Notes: generated by a model from the letters alone, not told the origin. A stretch of DNA of 64,000 bases from a virus (IMGVR_UViG_3300035703_000083:2487-66486); one strand, 5' to 3'; counted from the stretch's first letter, positions 9,014 through 18,360 are shown. Program-made: numbers and translations.

Positions 9014-9946
9014 CTACTTTTTTCCTTCCACATATGCCTTCGCCCATTCAATGGCAGCATTGGCCCCTTCAAGGCAGGCGGCACGCAGGCAATCAATTTC
9101 TTTTGCCATTGCCACCTTCGTAATCTTGATACCTTCTTCCTTGGTCCACGAAGTGACCATGGTGCTGATGACATTGGCAAACATTTCAGCATCTTGAATG
9201 TCTTCTCCCTTGGCCAGGCCAAGAGCCTGCAGGGCAGTTTTGCCCAGCATCAGACTGGTGCGTTCGTCAGCCTTTCCGAGAGGGTTGGCTTTGCAGAATG
9301 CCAGCAATGCTTCCTTTCCATTGAAGCTTTCCTCAGAAGTGCCACCAGCAGCCTCCTCGGGGGAAGGTGCAGCCGTCTTGGCCGCAGGGGCAGGCTTTGG
9401 GGCTTCCTGCTGCAGAGGGAGCGATGGAGCATCATCTGCCTTGGGGATGTCTTCGCCTGCGTAAAGCTTCAGGCCAAGGCCCGTGAAAGTGGCAATACAC
9501 TTAACGCTTGCCCGTTGGATGTTGTCGCTCACTTGACGAGCGTCCAAGTCCTTCACTGCATTGTGCTTGTTGTCCATCACGGGGAATACCAGCGCAGGAG
9601 TGCGCCTGATACCGTCTGTCAAATAAGGACGCAGCAGCCAGCAGCCTTCTTTTCCAAACACTGGCCAGCCAGCTTCCCGCTCCTCAAAAGAAACGAACAC
9701 GCCAGGAAATTGTTCGTTCAGATAGCGAAAGGCAAATGGCCACGACAAATAGGAGAGTCCTTTGTAGTTCTTCTCCACATGATCGCCAATAGGAAGCTCG
9801 TAGGCTTTCTTGAAGGCTTCGGGGGTGATTTCAAGCGGGCTGAATATACCAAGATGACGCTCGGTCATCATTGTTTCAGCGGCAGGATTGAGAGGGTTCA
9901 TGGTAGCAAAATCGGCAGGGTCGTAAGTAATGAGAGAATGGTTCAT
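9014..9946 (-). CDS. Single-strand annealing protein (Sak-like, DUF1071)
   Basis: VEKNYKGLSYLSW, PVMDNKHNA, QRASVKCIA...GLGLKLYAGED. Confidence 0.85.
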   Translation of the reverse strand: MNHSLITYDPADFATMNPLNPAAETMMTERHLGIFSPLEITPEAFKKAYELPIGDHVEKNYKGLSYLSWPFAFRYLNEQFPGVFVSFEEREAGWPVFGKEGCWLLRPYLTDGIRRTPALVFPVMDNKHNAVKDLDARQVSDNIQRASVKCIATFTGLGLKLYAGEDIPKADDAPSLPLQQEAPKPAPAAKTAAPSPEEAAGGTSEESFNGKEALLAFCKANPLGKADERTSLMLGKTALQALGLAKGEDIQDAEMFANVISTMVTSWTKEEGIKITKVAMAKEIDCLRAACLEGANAAIEWAKAYVEGKK

Positions 9947-10206
9947 GAAGCGATGGAGGAATCAAGCTTGTAGTGATTGTCGTAGAAGATGACAAGCTTC
10001 TTAGGCTTTTCGCCTTCATGAGTGATCAGGCTTTGGCCGGGTAGCGGCCAATCGTCAACCACCCTGATGTCGCTAATACCTTCAGTGGAGCTCTCTTCAT
10101 AGCCTTCGTCAATCGCCGTTTCCTCAAAACAGAGAAGGATGGGCAGTTCAGCGCCGTATTCGGTTTCGGCTTTGTCAAGAGCAGCACGCAGTTCAGAAAG
10201 TTTCAT
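9943..10206 (-). CDS. Hypothetical protein (paralog of 10203..10451)
   Basis: MKLSELRAAL...LVIFYD. Confidence 0.7.
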   Translation of the reverse strand: MKLSELRAALDKAETEYGAELPILLCFEETAIDEGYEESSTEGISDIRVVDDWPLPGQSLITHEGEKPKKLVIFYDNHYKLDSSIAS

Positions 10207-10451
10207 CGGTCGTTGTAGAAGAGGACAAGGAACATGCTCGGCTCAACGTTAGATTCGTCAAGCAAATCAACGCCTGGCAAGCGATCAGCAGAAGAGCAAA
10301 AATAGGAAGTCATCACACGCAGTGACACGTCCATTAAGTCTTCTGGCTTGGCCAGCTCGTAACAGTACTCAGCAGAATACGCTCCCACTGGCATGTCGCC
10401 AAATTTAGTCTGCGCTTGCTGCAGCAGAGAGATCAGTTCAGAAATCTTCAT
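10203..10451 (-). CDS. Hypothetical protein (paralog of 9943..10206)
   Basis: MKISELISLL...LVLFYND. Confidence 0.7.
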   Translation of the reverse strand: MKISELISLLQQAQTKFGDMPVGAYSAEYCYELAKPEDLMDVSLRVMTSYFCSSADRLPGVDLLDESNVEPSMFLVLFYNDR

Positions 10452-10671
10452 CAGAGGAAGGCAGTGTGGCGGTGTGGTCGATGATGTCAGGCCAAATGGC
10501 ATCGCTGATAATAGATGCCTCGTAGAAGCTGTAAGAGCGCAAAATACGTTCCACAGTTTCTGAGCGGCTAAGCCTGGCCTCGCCTGCGATGGCAGACAGA
10601 TGGGCATAGGCTTGGTCTGACAGGGTGAAGTGGCGGCGTTGCTTGCCACCTTCGTAGTGGCTTTTGGGCAT
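10438..10671 (-). CDS. Ribbon-helix-helix DNA-binding protein
   Basis: RRHFTLSDQAYAHLSAIA...SRSETVERILR. Confidence 0.75.
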   Translation of the reverse strand: MPKSHYEGGKQRRHFTLSDQAYAHLSAIAGEARLSRSETVERILRSYSFYEASIISDAIWPDIIDHTATLPSSDEDF

Positions 10672-10809
10672 GGCTTTCTCAAGGGCTCCCTGAGTTTAGG
10701 CACACAATGCGGCTTGGCAAGCTCTTGGGCCATCAGCATTTCTTATGGAAGCCAGTGGTTGCAACGCTTGCACCGAGGTGGCATGATGGCTTGATTCCTA
10801 CCATGCTGC

Positions 10810-12792
10810 ATGGCATTCTCCATTCTTGACCACCTTGAGCAGCTTGCTCCTAGCAACGAGCCAGGCAAGTTTGTCTGCCCTGCTTGCGGCGGCAATGACT
10901 TCACGGTGAACAAGGCCAATGGCGGCTACAACTGCTGGCACGACCCAAGCGCCGCCCATAGGGCTGACATCCGCAATGCCTTGGCTCCATTAGTGCGATG
11001 GGAGAAGCCAGCGAGAGAGTCCGGCCTGCACCATTTTGATTACTACAACAGGCAAGGTCTAAAGATTGTTGAAGTGCATCGAGACGATTCGTCGGGCTCG
11101 AAGCGGATGTGGCAAGATTTCCCTACCATTACCTCCGACGCCACCAACCACAAAGCCCAGCTCCAGGAGGTGAAGGCTGGGATTTTGCCGTACAAATATA
11201 CGGAAGCCCTAGAGGAAAGCAAGAAAACCGGCCTTCCTATTGTCATCGTCGAAGGTGAGCTCACCTGCCAGGCGGTGTGGGCCGCAGGACTGCCTTCTGC
11301 GACCTTTCTGGGCGGCTCCAAGCAATACCGCACTAACGGTGACTACAGCCAGCTCTTTAAGGGGCAGAAGATCGTCCTAGCGCCCGACAGGGACGAGCAG
11401 GGCGTTGCTTTCATGGCAGAAATTGCCAATGACAACCCTGGCGCTTCGTGGCTGTATGCAGATCCGCGCTCCTGGGAATGGGACAATCTTCCGTCTGGCA
11501 ACGGCTACGACCTCGCTGACTACATTGAAGACGGCGCCACAAAAGACGAATTGCTTGCTTCCATTGTCACCAAAAGCCGCCACAAAAACCAAGACGGCAA
11601 GCCTTCGTACGAAGAAATTATTGCCACGGTAGAAAACTTCGTTGGCCTCTATGCCAATGACGCTCGCATTGCTTACGAAACTAGCAACTGGTTGGAGCAG
11701 CGAGCAGTAAAAATGAGCCAGCAAAATATAGACAAAATCGTTGAAGAAGCTCGCATGAGAGTGCATGGTAGAGAAGATATTGAAAGCATTGATGCTCTCA
11801 CCATTGCAAGCTCTGACAAGGCCAGGGAATGGCTGATTGCAGGGATTATTCCCCTGGGCAGCGTTACTTTGTTGGCTGCATCAGGGGGCGTGGGCAAGAG
11901 CACTGTTGCGTACAATTGGGCATTGAATATAGGCTTGGGCACTCCATGGAGCGGAAGACGATGCATGAAAGGGAAAACGCTCATCTGCCAGAGTGACGAG
12001 CCCTTGCTCGATACGGCAGAGAAACTATCAGTGATTGGCTATCAAGACGCTGGCCTAGCTCCTGGTACTGTTGAATTCTGGGAGACTTGGCGCTTTGCTC
12101 ACATGCAACAGCTTGAGCACTACATCAGGAAAGAGCGTCCCATTTTCGTGGTGATTGACAGCCTCACCGCCTGTCTTGCTGGCATGAACGTGGACATGGT
12201 CAAGAGTAATGCTGGCGATGTGATATATGGCTTGCGCGATTTGGCTAACACTTATCGCTGTTCGATTCTTATGCTCCACCATTTGAACAAAAGCGGGGGG
12301 CTTCGCGACTCCACAAGCTTTGTAGACAACGTGAGCGAAGTGGTCAAGCTCACCCGCCCTGAGAATAATTTTGACAGTAGCCAGTTCATGCTCGAATGGT
12401 TAAAGAGCAGGAGCGGTCTGACCGGCAAGCACATGCTCCGTCGTGACGCTCTAAATTATGGCTGGGAATACGCTGGGCCTGTTGGTGGAAGCCTGGAAGA
12501 GCTTGATCGCGTGGTGAATGCCATTAACATGCGCAAGAACGAACGCTTCACCAAGCAACAGGCAGCGGTACTGGCAGGAGCTTTTGACATTGCTGGCACA
12601 AGCAAGATGCTGGAAGTTGCAAGGCGCCAAGGATTGATCACTAGCAGCTTTGAAGATGGTCTTAATGGGGAGAAGCAGCGCCTTTACCATTCCTGGGAAT
12701 ATCAAGAGCCTGATCTTGATTTCACAACCAATGACTCCCCCATTGCTCCCGCGAAAGAGAGTGATAACTCTCTCGACGATGAGTTCTTTTAG
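10810..12792 (+). CDS. Primase-helicase (Zn finger, TOPRIM, AAA_25/RecA-like helicase)
   Basis: CPACGG...YNCW; IVEGE...PDRDEQG; Walker A ASGGVGKST; Walker B VVIDS; LHHLNK. Confidence 0.9.
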   Translation: MAFSILDHLEQLAPSNEPGKFVCPACGGNDFTVNKANGGYNCWHDPSAAHRADIRNALAPLVRWEKPARESGLHHFDYYNRQGLKIVEVHRDDSSGSKRMWQDFPTITSDATNHKAQLQEVKAGILPYKYTEALEESKKTGLPIVIVEGELTCQAVWAAGLPSATFLGGSKQYRTNGDYSQLFKGQKIVLAPDRDEQGVAFMAEIANDNPGASWLYADPRSWEWDNLPSGNGYDLADYIEDGATKDELLASIVTKSRHKNQDGKPSYEEIIATVENFVGLYANDARIAYETSNWLEQRAVKMSQQNIDKIVEEARMRVHGREDIESIDALTIASSDKAREWLIAGIIPLGSVTLLAASGGVGKSTVAYNWALNIGLGTPWSGRRCMKGKTLICQSDEPLLDTAEKLSVIGYQDAGLAPGTVEFWETWRFAHMQQLEHYIRKERPIFVVIDSLTACLAGMNVDMVKSNAGDVIYGLRDLANTYRCSILMLHHLNKSGGLRDSTSFVDNVSEVVKLTRPENNFDSSQFMLEWLKSRSGLTGKHMLRRDALNYGWEYAGPVGGSLEELDRVVNAINMRKNERFTKQQAAVLAGAFDIAGTSKMLEVARRQGLITSSFEDGLNGEKQRLYHSWEYQEPDLDFTTNDSPIAPAKESDNSLDDEFF

Positions 12793-12831
12793 GGCAATTA
12801 TGGGATGGCTATAATTATGGCTAGTTCATAA

Positions 12832-13038
12832 TTGGCAATAATGAAGATCATCTGGGCTGACCACGATCCCTCGTGGGGCATTTCTTCTAGCAAAGCCTCC
12901 GAGGGGATTCTCGAAAACGAAGAGACCAATGCAGAGATGGAACTGGCTCGTGAATTTTCTACAAAAGAAACTATTGAAGAAGAGGAAGAAGTCGAGCAAG
13001 AAAAAAGCCCCGAGAAAGGGGCTAAAGGATTCGGCTGA
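12832..13038 (+). CDS. Acidic hypothetical protein
   Basis: Ends KGFG; start uncertain. Confidence 0.5.
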   Translation: MAIMKIIWADHDPSWGISSSKASEGILENEETNAEMELAREFSTKETIEEEEEVEQEKSPEKGAKGFG

Positions 13039-13051
13039 TTTTTAATTGCTT

Positions 13052-13101
13052 ATGGGTAGCAATACCCCGCGTGAGCTCATGGGTAGCAATACCCCGTGTG
13101 A
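13052..13101. repeat. Two direct repeats (period 27), each a GGGTA-GCAA-TACCC hairpin
   Basis: ATGGGTAGCAATACCCCGYGTGA at 13052 and 13079. Confidence 0.9.
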
Positions 13102-13196
13102 CTAAAGAGAGCCTGATATAGGCAGAAAACCAGAAATAGTGCAGATAGCACCATTTTGGTGATGTCAACAAAATGGTTTTTCATAAGATGCTCCGG

Positions 13197-13523
13197 CTAC
13201 GAGGGGACAGAGATTACTTCGACTCGGCGGACCTCCAGGGTGTACTGGCCGTCTTGCGAATACTGAGCAAAATAGTGCCTGCCTTCATTTACTGCTTGCG
13301 ACAAGGTTGGAGCAGTTCCACCAGCCTCCGTGCAGTATTCATCGTTCAACACGGTGAATTCGTAATAAATCTCCGGCTCGGGCTCGGCCAAAGCGGTTTC
13401 GGCACGGCGCACCAGCTCATCAAGCTGAGGCAGGGTGGCGCCGTTGTCTTCGATGTACCAGTCGTGCTGACGGCGCAAAGCTTCCGTCAACTCAACGCAC
13501 AGGGCGCGAAAGTTGGTACTCAC
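13197..13523 (-). CDS. Hypothetical protein
   Basis: NFRALCVEL...RAETALAEPEPE module. Confidence 0.7.
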   Translation of the reverse strand: MSTNFRALCVELTEALRRQHDWYIEDNGATLPQLDELVRRAETALAEPEPEIYYEFTVLNDEYCTEAGGTAPTLSQAVNEGRHYFAQYSQDGQYTLEVRRVEVISVPS

Positions 13524-13780
13524 GAGACACCCTCCAGCTCATCAGCAATAGCAAGCAATTTGTTTTTAACGCCCAAGAGCGCCCAGTGCTCCTCAGGTGT
13601 TCCAGCGTCAATGGGCACTGGCACCACCTGATCCGCAGCAGCGCGAAGGGCGGCGGCAACTACTTCTCTTGAGCAGAACCAAATCTCTTCGCGGGAGAAA
13701 TGACCAGCTTCCCAATCAAACTTTTCAATAGCAGTTATCACCGCTTGCGTGGCGGAGCTCGGTGGGGTGGGGTTAGTCAT
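13520..13780 (-). CDS. Hypothetical protein
   Basis: AAALRAAADQVVP...LLAIADELEG module. Confidence 0.7.
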   Translation of the reverse strand: MTNPTPPSSATQAVITAIEKFDWEAGHFSREEIWFCSREVVAAALRAAADQVVPVPIDAGTPEEHWALLGVKNKLLAIADELEGVS

Positions 13781-14315
13781 CGAGTTGCTCCAGTGCTTCA
13801 CGAATGAACTCAAGCTCACGCATCTGGTCCGAGAAAAACTCACCGCTCTCCTCAAATCGTTTTACGCTGGCAAGCGCCAATTCCTTCAGGCTCAGCAACT
13901 TGGGGCGGCGTTCAGCTCGAAGATCTTCCGGATCAATCGCACCAATCTCGTTGTCTAACCACTCACAGCACGCCTCCAGCTCCTGGTCGGCGCCCTTTTG
14001 CCAAGCCTGGTTGATTTGTTCAGTGTCCAGCTTGAGCTGATGGTCGGCGCCCCAGCGGGCGGCTTGAGCGGCAATCCACAGCTCGCGGGTTGCGCCTGCA
14101 TCACGGGCCGTGGGTGCCTGGTTGCGCCACTGCTGCACCAGCTCCGGCGGTGGGGTGATCGGACAAACAGTGCTAGCTGATGATTCAGGCATGGATAATG
14201 CAACACGAGCGCGTGCAACAGCTTCTGCCCATGCTTTGTGGTGGCCCAAGGTAGGCTCAGTAAAAGATGCTGCTGCATCTACAAAAGCCTGAAGCTCAAT
14301 TCGATAATCAGTCAT
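13773..14315 (-). CDS. Hypothetical modular protein
   Basis: PITPPPELVQQW...GADQELEACCEWL...SLKELAL. Confidence 0.7.
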   Translation of the reverse strand: MTDYRIELQAFVDAAASFTEPTLGHHKAWAEAVARARVALSMPESSASTVCPITPPPELVQQWRNQAPTARDAGATRELWIAAQAARWGADHQLKLDTEQINQAWQKGADQELEACCEWLDNEIGAIDPEDLRAERRPKLLSLKELALASVKRFEESGEFFSDQMRELEFIREALEQLDD

Positions 14316-14589
14316 TGTAGTTAGTTGTTGTTTGGTCAAGGTGATTAACCCTTTCCACTAGGAGGTTCGGTTTCGGTAGCAATGCGATCCTTGAAATCGT
14401 AATATCGGCCTCTCCATACAAAACCGCAAGGGGCGACTGGAGGGGTCGTTGTTCTGTCACCAGGATTACAGCTCCATTGTTTTGACGCTGTGTTGTCTTC
14501 AGTCATTAGTCGCTTTCACTAAACAGTGGTAATGATGTAGGTGATGCAGACAAAGAGGGCAACAATAACTAAGGCGTCCCACGGTCCCA

Positions 14590-14724
14590 TTATTTTCCCT
14601 CCTTCCACTTGGCGGCATCACGCTCGGCTTGGCAGCTCTTGTCCTTGCCATAAAGCCATGCAGCAGTGCTTTGGCCGGTCTTAGGGCCATTGCGGGGGAG
14701 CTTGATCAAACGAGGTTCAGGCAT
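14590..14724 (-). CDS. Small hypothetical protein
   Basis: MPEPRLIKLPRNGPKTGQSTAAWLYGK. Confidence 0.55.
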   Translation of the reverse strand: MPEPRLIKLPRNGPKTGQSTAAWLYGKDKSCQAERDAAKWKEGK

Positions 14725-14837
14725 GGTTGTTTGAGAGGCTCGCTCATTGTACACCCAGGTCAACCCATTTCTTGGAAATATGCCGGTTAAGAAAGTGGCA
14801 CACAAGGCTCTTGATTTTTGCGATTTCCCCCTTTACC

Positions 14838-15141
14838 CTCCTCCAGTAAGGGCGAGACGTTCGCGAGCCTTACGCGCCTGGGGCACCGGTCAGTAGTTGC
14901 CCAGCGGCGCTTCTGACAAGAGGAGACTATGGAGAGGAAATTAGTTGGTTTCTCGATAAATGCCGTTTATTGAGAATTCCGATAGGCTTCCTTCGCTAGA
15001 GCGCCATCGAGCGGGAGGCCCCAAGGCCGTCGTTCTAAAGGCGCTCTTAACTATCCTTCCATTGACTTTCTTTAGAAATTGATTATTGTGGGAAGGCCGC
15101 ACGCGCAAGCGAGCCCAAAGCGAGCTTTGTTCAAGCGGCCT
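14838..15141. ncRNA. Candidate multi-stem structured RNA in a divergent intergenic region
   Basis: At least six complementary stem pairs seen by eye; no credible ORF. Confidence 0.4.
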
Positions 15142-15161
15142 GTTCTTCCTTCTATTGATCA

Positions 15162-15401
15162 ATGCCTAAAGCTCCTTTAGCTCCTGACAGGCTTCCTCAG
15201 CTCGACCACAACGGCACTTGTATCGAAGTGTATCAACACCATGGCTACTCCATGCCAGACAGAGGAGCACCGCCTGCTAGTCGCATTCTTTATGCTGCTC
15301 GTGATGAAAACAATGAGCGCCACTGGCGCGGAAGTCTTCACGAAATTGAAGCTTTGATTGATCGTGGTTTCAAAGTTGTTGCAAGCGGAGGAAGCTGGTG
15401 A
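15162..15401 (+). CDS. Hypothetical protein
   Basis: 79-aa ORF heading a plus-strand operon. Confidence 0.65.
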   Translation: MPKAPLAPDRLPQLDHNGTCIEVYQHHGYSMPDRGAPPASRILYAARDENNERHWRGSLHEIEALIDRGFKVVASGGSW

Positions 15402-15718
15402 TGAATAATCAAGAGCTGATCGAACTACTGAAAGAGCTAGAAGACATTAAAGCAAAACAAAAAGCTTTGTCTGAAAAAGAAGCTCAATGCAGGGAAGATA
15501 TATTCTCCCTTATGCAAGAGCAGGGGCTTGAAAAAGAAGAAACTGACTATGGCAGCATTCGTCTTCAACGCCGCTATGACAAGGACTATGGAGAGGCAAT
15601 TAAAATGCTAGAGCGCCAGCTAAAAGAAGCTAAAAAACTAGCAGAAGACATGGGCGATTATGAAATAGTTGGCCATAAAGACACCTTGGTGTACATTCCT
15701 CCTAAAGAGCTCTTTTAA
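15398..15718 (+). CDS. Coiled-coil protein
   Basis: Helix-beta-helix pattern (TDYGSIRLQRR). Confidence 0.7.
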   Translation: MMNNQELIELLKELEDIKAKQKALSEKEAQCREDIFSLMQEQGLEKEETDYGSIRLQRRYDKDYGEAIKMLERQLKEAKKLAEDMGDYEIVGHKDTLVYIPPKELF

Positions 15719-15720
15719 CT

Positions 15721-15876
15721 ATGACTCTTTCCAGGGAAGAAATTAGTGCGCTAATTGATCAAAAGATTAAAGAACATGAATGGCGCATTGGTTTAATTAG
15801 TGGATTGGCAGGCATCTTTCTGCTCCCATTACTTCTCTATCTCATTGTTCTTTGTTTGTTAAGAGTGATGCTATGA
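15721..15876 (+). CDS. Small membrane protein (not in ORF track)
   Basis: MTLSREEISALIDQKIKEHEWRIGLISGLAGIFLLPLLL... Confidence 0.55.
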   Translation: MTLSREEISALIDQKIKEHEWRIGLISGLAGIFLLPLLLYLIVLCLLRVML

Positions 15877-16049
15877 GCGCTCCCTTTATTCCTTCTCCAT
15901 TGCTTTCAAGAGACGAATGGCAAGAATTGAATGTCCTGCGAGAAGCTATTAGCGACAGTCCTTCGACAGTCGTGCCAGAGAAGCAGGAGCGCTTTGCAGC
16001 GCTCTTTGCTCGTAGCCTTCTAGGTAAAGGTAATCAGCCTTTACAATAA
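15873..16049 (+). CDS. Cyanophage-type hypothetical protein
   Basis: EWQELNVLREAISDSPSTVVPEKQERF. Confidence 0.65.
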   Translation: MSAPFIPSPLLSRDEWQELNVLREAISDSPSTVVPEKQERFAALFARSLLGKGNQPLQ

Positions 16050-16066
16050 TCTTCTTTCCATTGACC

Positions 16067-16816
16067 ATGGCCTCTCCAGAAATCGACTTTCCCGACAAGG
16101 AACAACAATTGAAATATGGCGTGAAAGTGCTGCTCGATGCAGGCATGACGCCTCAGCAAATTGACAACATTCGGGAACGCTTTGGTAGAGGCTCTGGCAA
16201 GATTCCCTACACAAAAGAGTCAGTAGGACTAAGGCGATATATGGTGCAAGAGTTACTGGCAGCAAGCTTGAGCAATAGGCAGATCGCGGAAGTGCTAAAG
16301 CTAAGTAAAGAAACTGTTGATGCAGATCGCCACCACAACCGCAATCTATGGACCGCTGAAATTCTCAAGAGTCAAGACACTTGGCGGGCACGGCTCATCA
16401 AAGAGCAAGGAGAGCTTAAAGACAAAGCCTTAGAAAGCTTTGAGAATAGCAAGCGCAAGAAGGTCACCACTTACAAAGAAGGGCCTGACGGCCCCGGTGA
16501 AACCATTGTGCGCATGGAAGAAAGTGCTGGCGAAAGCGGCTTCCTTGGCATTGCTCGTGGCTGTTTGGAGCAGCAAGCGAAGCTCATTGGCTTGTTCGAC
16601 GTGAAGCCGCAAGTGGAGGAAAAGAGCGGCTACAAAGCTTTCCTTGACAACTTAAGTAAAGAAGTGAAGAAGATAAAGGAAGCTGAAAGCAATAGTGAAA
16701 TTAGGGCCACTGCCATTGACGCTGAAGCCCATTTCGACGAACAAGGGGAGCCCACTGGCCCAAGCAAGCCTTTGCTGTCCGCGAATAGCGAACAAAACGA
16801 TGGAGAAGAGAATTAA
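16067..16816 (+). CDS. HTH protein, probable terminase small subunit
   Basis: HTH SNRQIAEVLKLSKETVDAD, then helices and AGESGFLGIARGCLEQQAKLIGL. Confidence 0.6.
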   Translation: MASPEIDFPDKEQQLKYGVKVLLDAGMTPQQIDNIRERFGRGSGKIPYTKESVGLRRYMVQELLAASLSNRQIAEVLKLSKETVDADRHHNRNLWTAEILKSQDTWRARLIKEQGELKDKALESFENSKRKKVTTYKEGPDGPGETIVRMEESAGESGFLGIARGCLEQQAKLIGLFDVKPQVEEKSGYKAFLDNLSKEVKKIKEAESNSEIRATAIDAEAHFDEQGEPTGPSKPLLSANSEQNDGEEN

Positions 16817-16879
16817 GCATTTCTTAGCTTGACATGGTTCCCTTTCCATCGCTACGCTTAGAACGCCTTACGCTTCATC

Positions 16880-17353
16880 ATGGATTTTTCTTTTGATTCC
16901 GTTAATAGATTCCTACAAGAAGTGAGCGGAGCGAAGGCCGACAGGCGAGAAGCCGTCAACAAAGGCATGGCTCCGTTGCTTGACGACCCCTCCACTTTCA
17001 TCATGGCGCCAGACGCTGCCAATCTTCTTGACGGCGCTCTTGAGAAATATGGGGACGAAGCCCTTAAGCAGACTGCCATTGTCGCCCTAGGCAAGTGGGT
17101 GGTGTGCCATGAGGAATGGCTAGAGCAGCACATCATGAACGAAAGCGCCCCGGAGGCTGCTCTCACTGCTGCTGATATGACCAAAATCGCTCAAGCCATT
17201 CGACTCATCGAAGACGTGGGAAGCTTTGGCGGCGACGAAGACTATCGCAAAGCCGTGAAAAAGCAAATCAACCAAGCAGTGCTTGAAAAGCTAGAAGAGG
17301 AAGGACGCAGCCCTGAAGATGTCTTTAGTCCTTATGACGATCCATTGTTTTGA
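16880..17353 (+). CDS. Hypothetical protein
   Basis: 157-aa helical ORF. Confidence 0.7.
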   Translation: MDFSFDSVNRFLQEVSGAKADRREAVNKGMAPLLDDPSTFIMAPDAANLLDGALEKYGDEALKQTAIVALGKWVVCHEEWLEQHIMNESAPEAALTAADMTKIAQAIRLIEDVGSFGGDEDYRKAVKKQINQAVLEKLEEEGRSPEDVFSPYDDPLF

Positions 17354-17355
17354 TC

Positions 17356-17691
17356 ATGACTCGTCTCCCTCCCATGGTCACTGTTTGCATTCCGCCAGTC
17401 TTGCGGAAGGAAGCAGAGGAGCTGGCAGCAGAAAGCCCACCAGTTCATCCTGCTTGGCTGAAAGTGGCCCAACGCGGCAGGCATTACTCTCTGCGCACTT
17501 CTTCCATTGAGGACCTTGAAGAGCTTGCCGACTGGGCCTATAGCTGGCTTGTGGAGCCTGCAGTGCCTCTGGACAAGGTGAAGAGACAGGCCTTCCAAAA
17601 CGTCATTGCCAGGGCCGGTAAGTGGGTGCATTTGCGGCCCATTGGCCCGTGCCACTATTTAGCCACTGGCTGGAAAGACAAGGGCCTATAA
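17356..17691 (+). CDS. Hypothetical protein
   Basis: ORF in operon. Confidence 0.65.
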   Translation: MTRLPPMVTVCIPPVLRKEAEELAAESPPVHPAWLKVAQRGRHYSLRTSSIEDLEELADWAYSWLVEPAVPLDKVKRQAFQNVIARAGKWVHLRPIGPCHYLATGWKDKGL

Positions 17692-17741
17692 GGAGCGCTA
17701 ATCGACTCTGCCCTTGACCCTGCCCCACTCTGCCCTTCACA

Positions 17742-18113
17742 ATGAGCAAGTTCCCTCGAACTCTCTGCACCATGCCTGCTCACATCAAGACTGAGCCTTC
17801 CGGCGAAACCAGCGCCTTCACTGCTGATGGCACCTTGGTCATGAACTATGGCCGCCCTCATGTGGCATGGGGTTTTGCCGTCACTGACCTTGAAGACTGG
17901 CTCACCACGCTCGAAGAGACCATGCCCGCCATGCCCGCTTGCCATCGTTACATTCTCGAGAAGCTTTATTTTTCCCTCAAGGCAGCGCACAATCGCCACA
18001 AGCGAGAGCATGACGATGTCATTAGCGATGCGCCGTCCGAAGACGACCTCATGAGCTACTTGACTTCCTATTCGGCAGCAATGACTTGGGAGACAATGGA
18101 GGGAAAGAAATGA
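17742..18113 (+). CDS. Hypothetical protein
   Basis: 123-aa ORF. Confidence 0.65.
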   Translation: MSKFPRTLCTMPAHIKTEPSGETSAFTADGTLVMNYGRPHVAWGFAVTDLEDWLTTLEETMPAMPACHRYILEKLYFSLKAAHNRHKREHDDVISDAPSEDDLMSYLTSYSAAMTWETMEGKK

Positions 18114-18286
18114 TTTCGCTGCCATCTACTTTACCTTGGGTGGTACGCATTTCCGGGGAAGGACAAACGCATTCTGTGATTCTCATGGCTTCCACAAGAG
18201 AGCAAGCGTATTTAGCGGCCCGTGAACTTTACCCTTACTCTGTTGTTACCATTGTTGGAATGGCTCCTGAATGGAACAATGCATGA
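18110..18286 (+). CDS. Small hypothetical protein
   Basis: ATGA overlap with the previous stop; ASTREQAYLAARELYP. Confidence 0.6.
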   Translation: MISLPSTLPWVVRISGEGQTHSVILMASTREQAYLAARELYPYSVVTIVGMAPEWNNA

Positions 18287-18360
18287 CATCTTGCAACTAG
18301 CTCTCGTATACTGGCTGGTCTGCATAGTAGTCATTGGTCTGGCTGCTTTAATTCTTCCTT

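Noticed and set aside
8852-9973. 373-aa plus-strand ORF
   Set aside because: Antisense shadow of the Sak-like gene, with no protein-like motifs.
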